64,000 nucleotides of DNA, from positions 12,276,001 to 12,340,000 of the forward strand of contig JAQFVV010000004.1 in NCBI GenBank assembly GCA_028023455.1, written 5' to 3'. A model generated the notes under the pieces. The model did not search any database. It saw only the letters and a list, made by a program, of their open reading frames with translations, and was not told the origin of the DNA. Position 1 is the first letter of the stretch; every line of letters starts with the position of its first letter. Made by a program: the position numbers and the translations under genes. Shown piece by piece: positions 38,595 to 50,750 of this stretch. Origin of the DNA: Epiperipatus broadwayi. Lineage: Eukaryota; Animalia; Onychophora.

Positions 38595-41000
38595 AATACA
38601 GTAAACGGAGGTTGCCTTGACAACAAATTGATATTATTGATTGTTATTGATATTGGTGTTGTAAGTGTTGACTGCTTTCATGTGTTTACATTTATAATCC
38701 TATGTAGACTAGAACATCATTAACTTTATTAAAGCAATACATAGTTTCAGTGGAATTTAAAAATTATAATTGACTATTTGTTAGTCTGCTTTCAGAACAA
38801 ATTATGTTTGCCTGTTTAATGAGGTTTATTTAAACTTCTTTAGATTAAAAATCTCACTCTTTTTAATCAAGTTGCAATCTTTAGGGTCTATATAAACATA
38901 TTAGATCATAGATAAAGGTGAGTATCAATCTTTACTGTAACAGGAAATTGCCATAACAACAGATTGAGCTTGTTATTAGTATTGACTGAGTGTTGATGGT
39001 TTTCATGTAACACCCCTATAATATGTGTCATAAAAATAACCAACATGCATTTTTGTTACCTTAAAATTAAATTTCATAATTGTGAATAAATAAATGTGTA
39101 TAATAAAAATATAAGAAATTACAGATGAATTATTAAAAGATTTGAATTGATATTTATAATAAAATGTACATCTCACTACTATGTTATACCAAAGTTTCTT
39201 CCAACGATTATGCTGCTATTAGAGAAAAGATCTAATGCCATGGGATTTTACAAGCCTATAATTACTTTAATCTTATCTACATAAGATCACAAATATGTGT
39301 TTGTGCAAAAAATTGGAGACCAATTAAGATTTAGAAAAAAAAAAACAATTGCCATAATGAAAACAAATGGTGAGAGGTACAGTGAGATCTGATAAATCAA
39401 TTAATTTGTTCCAGAAAGTCATTCATTATATTATCTATTCATTATATCTTACAGTAAAATACATGTATTTAGGGGTAATCTGTTTCCGATTCCTGTCTCA
39501 GATAAAAGTTACCATCCAAAATGAGCATTTAAAAATCACAAACATAAATATAAAAATACATATAAAATTAATTTAAAAGCTTAAAATTAAAATATAAACA
39601 AATATTTATAACTTCATAAATCTTCATAGACTGCTAATTTCAGCACATCCAGTGAAATCATGTCTTCACTAGCAGCCTTATAATGATTTACAACATTATG
39701 CAATTGGTACTTTTCCAGAATTTGATAACCTTATTCTTTGGCAATAAACTCCTTTGTACAAAGATCATTTATATAAGAAGATTTAGCAAAATATTCTTCT
39801 AACAGTTTTTGACTTACTTTCAAATCAATAAATCGCTGATGTTATCTCTCACCATTTGCTTTTTGAATAAAAATACATTAGTAAAAGTTTCCATTTATTC
39901 CAAACTCTTATATATAAATTGCCAAATTCGAATTTCTTTTTGTTATCTATGCATTCAGAACATAAAATGTTGACTGTTTTACTTTCTTAAATTAGATATA
40001 TCTTTTTTTCATTTCAATACTGAACAATTATTAGATTCTATTTTTCTGGCTTATAATTAAAATTAAAGATAAAAATATTACAGAGCAAAAAGTAAATGCA
40101 AATAAGTCATACAACATATCAACCAATAGTGCTCATTATAATATTTGCTATTTCAACCGGCGTTTATGATTTAGAGATTTCATGTTTAGCACTTAGATTT
40201 ATATCATTCTTACCACAATGTAAATTTAAAACTTTTTTTATGTCAACATTAATATTAATTAGTTTTTAAATAATGTTTTTTATGTATCATGGCTGTATAT
40301 ATTACATTATATACAAGTAGAATTTTTTTTTTTAAAAAAGTACTATATTTTTATCAGTAGAGATAAAAAAGCATAAGAAAACTAAGATAATAACAAATCC
40401 TATGTGATAAAGATGTTAGCTTTTCATGCATTTGTTATATGTGTTTGTGTTTGTTGCATAATTTGTTAATTTACAGTGAAAAAGTATTCATTATACTGTT
40501 TGTCCACTTTATAAGTTTTCATTGTACTAGAACTTACTGCCTATAAAAGACAGGTAATTAATATTTATTTTAGTAAAAGCGTTTTATAAAGTGACTTAAG
40601 ATATTTATTAAAAAAAATCTGTATATAAATCAGAAAATATTTCTAAGATCAATGGTCTTAAGTATGCATGGAAAGATTTGTATAAAGAAATATTGTCCAT
40701 ATATTTTTTAAATAAATGTTATTATAAAATAAAAATGTAATTAGAAATGAGGAAACGTTTTATTTTTTATTAGATATACTCAGTCTCTCACTTTCTCCCC
40801 CCTCTCCCTCCCTCCCCCTCTTTCTTCCTCCCCCTCTTTCCTTCCCATTCTCCCTCCCTGACTCTCTCCCTCTCTTTCTCTATTTGATATATGCCTTGAC
40901 AACAGATTGAGATTGCTATTAATATTGGTATTCTTTAATTGTTGACTGCATTCATATATATATACGTGTAAACAATATTCTATTTAATACATATAACATC
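38595..41000 (+). repeat. Dispersed repeat family C (copies at about 38605, 38945 and 40885; also about 31575)
   Basis: Shared segment TTGCC(T/A)T(G/A)ACAACAGATTGAG.TTG.TATT.ATATTG...GTTGA.TG..TTCAT. Confidence 0.55.
40790..40882. repeat. CT-rich polypyrimidine low-complexity tract
   Basis: About 90 nt almost entirely C/T. Confidence 0.9.
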
Positions 41001-41397
41001 ACTATTTTCAGCTATTATTGATCCACTGCATGATCGCAGTAAAACTAATTGATTATAATATTTTAATTTTAAATTTTGGCTAGTTTTTTTAATTTAATTT
41101 TGAATTTGGTATAATTTATATATACAGAGAGAGAGAGAAAAGAGAGACAAAAGTTTGTGATGTTTATTAAAGATAATACAAATAAAATAAAAGCATTTCA
41201 AATAAAATAAAAAAAATATTTAGAAATAAATAGAAAATTATGAGGCTAAAGATAGGGTATTTCATCACAATAAAATAATTACTGCAAGTAAATTAGCTGT
41301 ATCCACAACTGTTATTTATTTTAATTTATTGTATAGAAATGATATATGAATACCTACCAAGTTAATACAAGGATATTAGAAAAATTTCATTTAAAGA

Positions 41398-41725
41398 TGT
41401 TTTGAACTCAGACTTTCAAGCAACCGTCAACTATCCACATTATCTCATATTACTGATACACATGACCACACACAGGTAGAAATGATAAATAATCACCAAT
41501 ATACATATTTCATACTGAATCAGCACTCATTGGTTGGTCCAGATTATCATCTCCTACACATATATATAATCAGTGCTCAGTTTATATTAAGATAGCAAAT
41601 CTTTATACTTTAATGGACAGTGTATTGGTGATTATTTATCTTTTCTACATGTGTGTGGTCATGTGTATCAGTAGTATGAGATATGTGGATAGTTGAAGGT
41701 TGCTGGAAAGTCTGATTTCAAATCC
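41398..41725. repeat. HHR repeat family A fold-back
   Basis: Minus-sense copy 41398-41620 (decayed HHR 41496-41537) followed directly by a plus-sense copy 41621-41725 that begins at TATTGGTG. Confidence 0.88.
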
Positions 41726-41937
41726 CCTAACAATTAAGTTCCAGATATAAGAATGTTTGTATTTCAAATCTTAAAGATGTTCTGTAAAAATTTAAAAATG
41801 CAATAACAAGAACATGTGACCAATCAATATGTTCTTTAACTTGATACATGAGATACTATAGAGTCCACTATTGTTAAATTACACCTTTATTGGATAAAGC
41901 ATGTAAAAGAATGAACAATATAAGACTTCCTAATAGG

Positions 41938-42520
41938 GTATTAATAATTTTTATTAATCATTCATTAGACTAGACATTATCAACTTAATATTTCTGTAAT
42001 ACAATTCCATTACACCATTCACACATGAGGTAGGGAATGTTTTCTATATGCTTTTAACATCTTATGAAGGGGTGTAATCATAAACGTATGATCAAAGACA
42101 TGTTAAAAAATATATATTATCCCCTACATGCACATTTGAACTAACGCTAATCAGTTGGTGCGTATCACAATCTCTTACAAATATTTTTATCATTATTCAA
42201 TATATGTAGATAGCCAATTACTACAGTTTAATTGATATGTCAAACTTACTGCCCTCACAACATTGACACAAACCACTTGATGAAAATATGTTAATAATTT
42301 TATTAATCATTCATTAAACTAGAAATTATTTACTTAATAAATATTTCTGTATTATTCTCATGCAAGCTAGGGACTGGTTTCTATCCATTTTGAACACCTT
42401 GTGGAGGGGTATATTGAAAATCATATAACTTTTAAAATGTCTTTAGTCATATGTTTATGATTACATCCCTCAACAAGGTGTTAACAGTGACCAGTCCCTA
42501 CCTTGCATGACAATAATGTA
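41938..42520. repeat. 350-bp tandem dimer plus inverted tail
   Basis: ttaataattt(t)tattaatcattcatta at 41941 and 42291; 42437-42515 is the reverse complement of about 42030-42105 and 42355-42415. Confidence 0.75.
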
Positions 42521-43233
42521 GTGAAAATTACACTACAAAAATATTATTTGTAAATGGGTGTTTTATCATAAATGTAAATATGATTTTTATAGAAAAAGTA
42601 AATCACATTTAAATTATAAAGATTATTTCAAAGACTCTCTTAAAAAAATGCAATGATGATTGATTTCAATGGAAAGATATGACAGAGAATAAAAATATCT
42701 TGGAAAGCTATAATTAGATATCATGCTAAAGTATTCCATAAATTTTTTTTATGAAAATACCATTACAAAATGTTAAATTAATAAAATAATGGGTCAATAT
42801 GTTCTACAACCATTCAGAGATTGATTTGTACAGTAAAAACACTTTGGTGTAGTAATGTTAATAGTAGCAGTAGCAGCAGTAGTAGTGCTAGTATCTAATG
42901 ATCATTATTATCTACAAAATTGTATCAATAGATTTTAATTGTTATGCACAAACAATTATATGAACATTTGAAGACAAAAACTAAATGATTAATTTTTCAA
43001 GAAAAACAAATTTCATATTATTTATTTATATATTAAAAGGAACTAATATTTTGAGAGTAAATTAAATAAAGATTTGGATATTGTTTTACATTCTAAATTA
43101 CTATTCTCAAATCATATATAAAATTGTAGAACCATGCTTTTTTGAAATAAATAAGGAATGTTTTGTAATGATGGGGAGAACAAGAAAATAAATAATCATA
43201 CATTTCAAAAATGAGAAGAAATGACTCTTACAC

Positions 43234-43540
43234 TTCAAAACAAAGCAAAACTCTCCATATAGTAGTGCCATCTTGCGCTAACAAGAGCAATCAATGGATG
43301 CCAGAAGGCTTGTGCATAAAATCCCTATCTAGTGCTACTCATCCAATATCCCCAGACTAGTTTCTGGCTTGTGGCCTTCATCAGTGTAGGGATTTTATGC
43401 ACAAGCCTTCTGGCATCTATTGATTGCTCTTGTTAGCACAAGATGGCACTACTATATGGAGAGTTTTGCTTTGTTTTGAATTGTTTAATAACAGTTATGT
43501 GCTAGTATGAGATAATGATCATGTGATGTTTAGTGGTTTG
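43234..43540. repeat. HHR repeat family B fold-back; HHR on minus at 43349-43386
   Basis: About 95-bp inverted arms (43234-43328 / 43387-43480). Minus strand CA CUGAUGA A GGC-cacaa-GCC A GAAA cuag UC UGGGG: intact core, stem I cut by the junction. Confidence 0.9.
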
Positions 43541-45912
43541 ACTTTTACACTTCTTTCATTATTTGTTAGATATATTATATGAAGCTTTGTTTACATATGG
43601 TGTGAATTTTGTCAAAAAGCTTATCTCTTTAATATCTCGATTGACAAATAGAAATGGTCATTTTAAACTTGTGAATGAATATTCAGACAAAAAGGGATTC
43701 TACAATAACATTGATAAGTGATGTAAAAGGAAGTCATTTCTGATTCCTTACATTTGTTTTGAAAGCACTGTATTTATTAATAATTATAATTATTATATTT
43801 CAGTGCGATATAGTAAACATAGATGAAAATAACTGAATTATAAAAAATATGTATTATGAAAAAAACAACTGTTTGGCATGCTACAGAATAAACAAAAGAT
43901 TTATTGTACTATGGAAAGTCTTCAATAATAAAATTTTCCTCACTTTAACTAAAATATAAAATTAAAAAAAAATTCTGGAACAGTGCAAAAAGCAAACTTA
44001 ATATTTAAAAAAAAACTCAATTTCTATAAAAAATATCTCAAAATTTGAGGTGTTAGACTAAATTATTTATGAAGTGGTAATCAATGGCAAATTACAACTG
44101 AAAATGATCATATGAGAACACTCAATCATAATGACATCTCAATTTGTTTTGGGAAAAGAAATTAAAATACATACAACTATAAAATACAACTATAAAATAT
44201 GTTTAGATATCTTTATATAATAGTGAAATGACGATGTTATTTTAATATTACATCATAAGACAAAAATGATTAAAATTGTTTTAATATAAAATACCGAAGT
44301 AAATACATTTGAATATTCAAAAACAAAAAAAAAAACACCATCCAAAACAAAACAGATATTATTTCAATAAAAATTCTCTCCTACTTTCCAATTTATAAAA
44401 CAGCATAAATATTTAATTTTTCAAAGCTTCAAAAAAAAAAAAAAGGGTACTCAACATCAAAAAATTTAAAATTCATCAATAGTGTATGAAAACAATGTGT
44501 TATATTTTCATAAATAAATTATCGGACAGGAATAAATAACACATACAAAAAAACTACCATAATACAAATGCTATTATCAATAATAATATAGGAGTAGCCA
44601 AAAAAAAAACATTTTTTTATTTTAAAAAATGAGATATTTTTATAAATTATTCACATGTAATATGTCAAAATTATTTAAATTTTAATGTAATTAAATTATT
44701 GTCGCTTACTTTTGCTTTGCAGATTAGAACAATACCTTAAACGAACATTTATTTTCTAATGATGAATTTTTAAATTTTATTATATTGCATATATATGACA
44801 AATAGAACATCTTATAGAAAAATATTAAATTGCATGACTACAAACACAGTAAAAAGCCGAAGGTGAAACGATGTTAAATTATTCACGAACTCATCTATCA
44901 TAAAAAGTAACAACAGAAAGAGGTTTCTGTTATTTAATTTAAAATAAAATGACATTAACCTAAAACAGAAACTTTAAAAAAAAAAAAAAGAATTTACATT
45001 TAGAACTTAAAATAGTAAATAATCATAACAATGAAAATGTCGATAAAATAAAAGGAATAACTGAAATGTGTATTAAATATAGCTATGCATGTGTGTAAAT
45101 AATCTAATTGTGACAGTATTCGATAACAGAGCCTTTAGGGTTATTCATATTTTCTTCCAACTAATGTAAATAAACATCAATATTTGGAGATATGTTTTAA
45201 GAAGTGAAAAGTATAAAATAAAATCTGTAACGTATGGCACACACACATCAGCATTTGTCTAAAGATTTCTTTGATAAACAACAATAAGATTTCTTCTTTA
45301 TAGGATTTCTTCTATATTTTTAATACAACATAATTAAAACACACGTATCTTAATATTATTCTCACAGTGTATTAAATTAGTATGTGATTCTTTCATATAT
45401 ACACAAATTTATATTTTACAATAATGAACTCTCCAAGAACCATTGGTATTTACTGAGTGATTTAGCTCTTGCGACTATTATTTAAGACTGATTTAAATAG
45501 GATTTGTTACCAGCTTCATAGATAGGATATTTCCTCCTGTAATTTTCATTGTCTAAATTTCCCTATAATCTCAAGAGAAGCATTGAAGAGTGGACACATT
45601 TTCATTTGCTGCTTTGCAGTTAGACTTTGATGTTGAATTAAATTTAATATATTTGACACTTGAATAGTACATCACTCATAGATATTATATATTATTTAAA
45701 TCTGTTAAATTTGAATATTGCTCTAAATGGCTTGATGCAGTGATAGTGTCAGTTCTGAGGTTCAAGGTTCATACATCGAAGTTAAGGTACTTGAACTTTT
45801 GATGAAATTCCAAGCAATAAACTATTCAGTTATTTATTTTCATTATAATACTAAATATATATGAATATTTATAAATAAATAGATATTAGTGCACATATCA
45901 TGATAACCAGTT

Positions 45913-46390
45913 CATCATCATCATCAACCATTATCAATATACTACAGGATGAATGTCTCTCCAAGTTCAATCCATCTCTGATCTTTAACTTCTCGACATC
46001 ACCCCTGCACATTTTCTTATTTCAGCCATCCATCTCACATGTGATCTATTTCTGGGTTTTTAACAATCTGTTGGAACTCAGTTTAAGATTTCAATTGGCC
46101 ATTGATTATCATCTCTTCTAAAAATATGTTCAGCCCAACTCCACTTCAGTCTTTTAATTTTTTCATTGAAGTCAGTAACACCTGTTTGTTCTCTTACCCA
46201 TGTATTGCATTTTCAATCTCCTTTTGTTACTCCTAACATGCATCTCTACATACTTCTTTGAATGGTCTGAAGTCTCTGTATTGCTCTTCTATTAAGTGTC
46301 CAAGTCTCAGATATACACAACACACCAAGATGTCCAGATATTCTTTGAATTTCTGCTTAGTTCAGAGAGTTATGTATAGACTTCCTTGGT
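45913..46390 (-). mobile_element. 5'-truncated RTE LINE 3' end with (TGA)n tail
   Basis: LCISETWTLNRRAIQRLQTIQRSM*RCMLGVTK...WVREQTGVTD; ends in catcatcatcatca on the plus strand. Confidence 0.88.
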
Positions 46391-46811
46391 TATAGAGTGA
46401 AATATGTAAAAATGGAAGAATTAGGGAGTAGAAAGCTTGTTATATGCATAACTACTTTTTTGGTGTAATTATAAGATTTCAGTTTACATGATACACATTT
46501 AATAAAAACAAATTACTTTGAATATTATGTATAAACATATTCAGAATCATTACAGTATATGTAATAATGTTAATATTGATAACATATAAATAAAAACTTT
46601 ATAGAATATTTTCACAGTGGTACAACTTCAGACAATTAAAATATAATAATTTTCTATTATAATGCTTATGTTATTAAATGTCATTATTAAAAATATTTGT
46701 ATTTTAATATTAATTAATGGAAATCTTGTACTACCCAAGTTGAAAGTAGTTAAGTAGAGCATATTTACTTTTTTTTAAATAATACTATTTTATCAATTTA
46801 TTAAATTTTAG

Positions 46812-47230
46812 CTAATATAGGGTATATGAGCACAGACTTTCACACCACCCACCTCTCTCCACTCTATCTAATAACACTGATACACCTAAACACATATATG
46901 CTGAAAAGATAAATAATCACCAATATACATATTTCATGCTAAACCAGCAATTATCAGTTGGTCCAGACTATCATCTTTACACACATATATAGTATAAGTG
47001 CTCAGATATATATTAAGATAGACTATCCTCATAGTTTAATGGACAGGCTTCAATCCACTCCACACTCCAACTCTTCAACCATCCATCCAATTGAAAATCT
47101 GATGATGGAATGCTCAAAGGCCACCCTGAGGCCGAGATTATTGTCACACCCATGTTGACCTAAGGTCAATCTGAACCCCACATGTACAGGACATAATCCA
47201 TTTAATACATATGCAAGGATGGGCAGACAT
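46812..47230 (-). repeat. HHR repeat family A, longest copy (HHR 46920-46961)
   Basis: CCAA CUGAUAA UUGCU-gguuu-AGCAU GAAA UAUGUA UA UUGG. Retains a 55-nt segment that is missing at the 27.66-kb junction. Confidence 0.9.
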
Positions 47231-49899
47231 CTCTATAATAAAATATTGGATAATATATCTTCTTTTTAAATCACTTCTTTCTTCATACCATTTCTCTAAT
47301 TAAAACATTATATATATAAATAAAAAACAAACACTAAAAAAAAACACAATTGTTTTTACCAATTTTAGGACATTTTTTGAATTTACGAATATAAGCTTGA
47401 ACCCTATAAAAACGTAAAAAGTGGCTATATGATGCATGAGTTTATTAATTCCAAATTTAAATCCTAATCCTCATTAATGAAGACAAAAGCCAGAGGCCAA
47501 CCTGTGGATGAAAATAAAGCATTAGTCCATCTTGATGACTTGAATTTAAGTCTATGGCTCTAGAACAGGATGAACAAATGTTGATTTTGAAAACAAATAT
47601 TTTTTATCAGAAAAACAAAAATGGAAATAAAAAATCTATAGTGTGGAGTTTCACAAAGCAATTTGCATTTTGGGGAATAATCAAATTATAGTAAAAACAT
47701 TAGTGCTATATAAGAAGAGATATAGAAAAAATTTGATGGTTGTTGTTTTCCATAAATGTGTTTTTAAGTTTTTCCACAAGGATGAGAATTTTTCTATTTC
47801 ACTACATTGGTTTACATAGTTTTAAAATAATACACTGAAGATCATTGTTTCACTGAATTAAAATAGTTATATCTTCTGAAACTGAGCTGTCAATGATTAT
47901 TAGTCACAGGACAGAAGTCGGAGTGTATTATTAATTTTAATAAATAGTTGAGATAATATTTAATGATGATATGTAAAAAAAATAATTGATCATCAAATAG
48001 ACACAACATTCATAAGAAAACTGTGTGAATAAAAAACCTGCATAAAAATGAAAAAAATGAGCTAAACATTTATGTAAACAGAAATCAATTAGTGTTTACC
48101 TTTCCAGTACAAATTTTCTAATAACAAGGAAGAAATTTATGTTTATTCTAAATATAATTTAAAACTGTCATTTTATCAAATATATATATAATATTAGTTC
48201 AGCAAAGGATAATACCCCTCCATCCTTTTTCAGGGTAGAACCTAAAACCATATTACAATTATACTTTATTATTTACAAATAGAATATCAATGCACATCTT
48301 ACCAATGCGTATTAATCTGTGACTTTCATGGTCTAGATAATAATAGTTAGATACGATTTACTGACAAATACTGCATGATTAAGATAATAATGGGATTAAA
48401 AAAGAATCCTAAGCATACTTGTAACATGTAAAAATTTCCAAAATTGACCACGCTCACACACAAATCTCAGGTAATGAATATATCTAGATAATTTACTAAC
48501 TAGTAAATCATCAATCCCATTAAATAAGATATGCCTACAAACCAGAAAAGTTAGAAAAATAAATAAAAATAGTATCAAAGACTGACTGACTTTAAAAAAA
48601 TGTAAACGAAAAGAGTTCACTTATTACATTATTCAAAAATTCTGATATCAATATTATATGTAAGATTTATTAGTAATAGAAATAGAGTAATTTGATAAAT
48701 ATCAGTGCTACTTTCTTGAAATAGTTTATTTTAATACCCAATTTTAAAAATGTTAAAATTAAATCTTTCAGCTATTGGCATCAATGATCAGCCATGCTAA
48801 TGAAGAAATTAATATTACACATATATAAATTCAAATTTAAAATTCATAATGAAACTAGAATATGTTGAAATAATGCTTCAAATAAAAGATATTAATGCAT
48901 ACTGAATAAATAATAATGAATAATAAAAACAATGGAGATTATTATACAAATACCCCCACTCCCCAACAACATAAAGTGCCAGAATTGTAAAATATCAAAA
49001 ATAACAATAACGGCAAAAATAATTTTTTTAGTATCTTCATGAATGTTAATAGAGAGTCTTATACAACAATATTTAGTATATAACTTTGTTAAGCACATGG
49101 TTCAGAAGAGGGTGAATAAACCACAACATCTTTGTCACGTCATAAGTAGAATTAGAGTTTTTCTTTCAAATAAAAAAATTGGTCAGCTTAGCTAACCATC
49201 CAGTATTATTCAGAAAATAAATATTTACCTATTATTAGCTAGATGGTAAATATATTGGATTAATGTAAATTGGTTCATTAAGTATCAGTGTGATAACCTT
49301 AAAAACAAAGATATCATTGCAGTATGAAGAGACCTTCTCCACTCATTAAGTAGGAACCAAATGACTATGGCTGTTGAGCCCTGATTTTATTTTCACCTTT
49401 AAGAAACATATTGGTTTAATAGCATAGTAAATAATATTTATTATTTATTAGTCAAACTGATACTAATAGATTGGATTGTTACTGTTATTGGGAGTTTATT
49501 CATTTAGATATGTCGAGTGCTGTTCTCAACCTAATAGTAGGCTCCGAATGTAGTAGAAAGTGGAATGAGTTTCATAAATAAAAGTTAACTATGAATAATA
49601 ACTAAACATTACTTGACCAAGAATATTTTCTGCTGCTCTATAGGACAGGATAATTAGTTCATTAAAGGCTGGGCACTGTTTTTGATACAGATTTTTTTTT
49701 ATCACCCTCTTTTTTTGTCACATCATCTTATACCATTGGTTATCTCCCTATATTAATGAGACAATAGAATTCTATGATTATTTAACCATTTTATCCTTTT
49801 CTCATTCCAATTATTTTTTCTAGTCTTTCTTTTTAAGCTAAAGACCTCATGAATTAATAATAAAATGACAGGGATATGCTTAATAGATTGCGGGTGCAT

Positions 49900-50750
49900 A
49901 GTTCTGATAATTTGCTTAAGTCAGTAAAATCATTAATGAATTAATTTGAAAGTGTATTTGTGATAAGAATTTCAGCTGAAAAAGCTGGTATATTTAGGTA
50001 GCCCTATTTAATTATCCACCTACCTACCATGAAAGTAGAAGGAACTATAAAAAATGTAATCTAAAATGGCCTACATTACATAATTCAGCTAGGTGGTTCT
50101 TCTCCCTAATAGTAACACTCTGTTTTAGTATTTTTATTATGATTGACTGAACATGCTGCATATTTTTCACTCTGTGTATATATGGAAGGGAGATCTTGTC
50201 AAAAAAAAATTGTAAGCATTCAATTTTTGTTATTATTCTAATTCTATTTTGAAACTAATTATTGATGATATGTTCATGAAAGTCTAACAGGATGTTTGTA
50301 ATAGATCTTCACTATATATCTAACAACATTATCAAAACACTAAAGTCAAAATTTGTAAAAAATGAGTAGTATTTATGCTGTGATTTCATGTTCATCCATA
50401 TAAATGTTGATAAATTGAAATGAGTGTATTAAGTCCATAAATATTTTTTTTGATTTTATTGAAAGAATTCTATGGTGTTTTAAGATTTCCATTATAATAT
50501 CAATAGGAAGAATTGCTCTGGTTTGTAAGATTATTATTATAATGACATTTAATATTTTTCTTATAATAAATAAAAATTTGTCATTGAGTATATTTGTAAA
50601 TAAACTTTCCACCTCAAAGTTTACCAACATGTCAGTTCCATTTTATTTTTGAAAAACTTCACAAAATATCTAGAATCACTGATAATAAGCTGTCTCTTAT
50701 ATACCAAAGAACCAAGAACCTAAACAAAGTGACATAAAATTTAACATGAT
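49900..50750 (-). mobile_element. Penelope-like RT remnant
   Basis: DSRYFVKF...MLVNFEVESLFTNI (PLE motif LVSFDV.SLFTNIP), FMDLIHSFQFINIYMDEHE (cf. MGSP.S...ANIYME..E) and a frameshifted RY-DD-like site. Confidence 0.75.

Noticed and set aside
38570-38606. CTGCTGA-GATAT-ttag-ATAT-AAA hammerhead-like relic
   Set aside because: A6, C11.1 and G12 are missing and stem I is poor; noted only as context for family C.
45725-45790. tRNA-like A/B box traces (also about 62910-62975, minus)
   Set aside because: Boxes deviate at several positions and no cloverleaf is recoverable.
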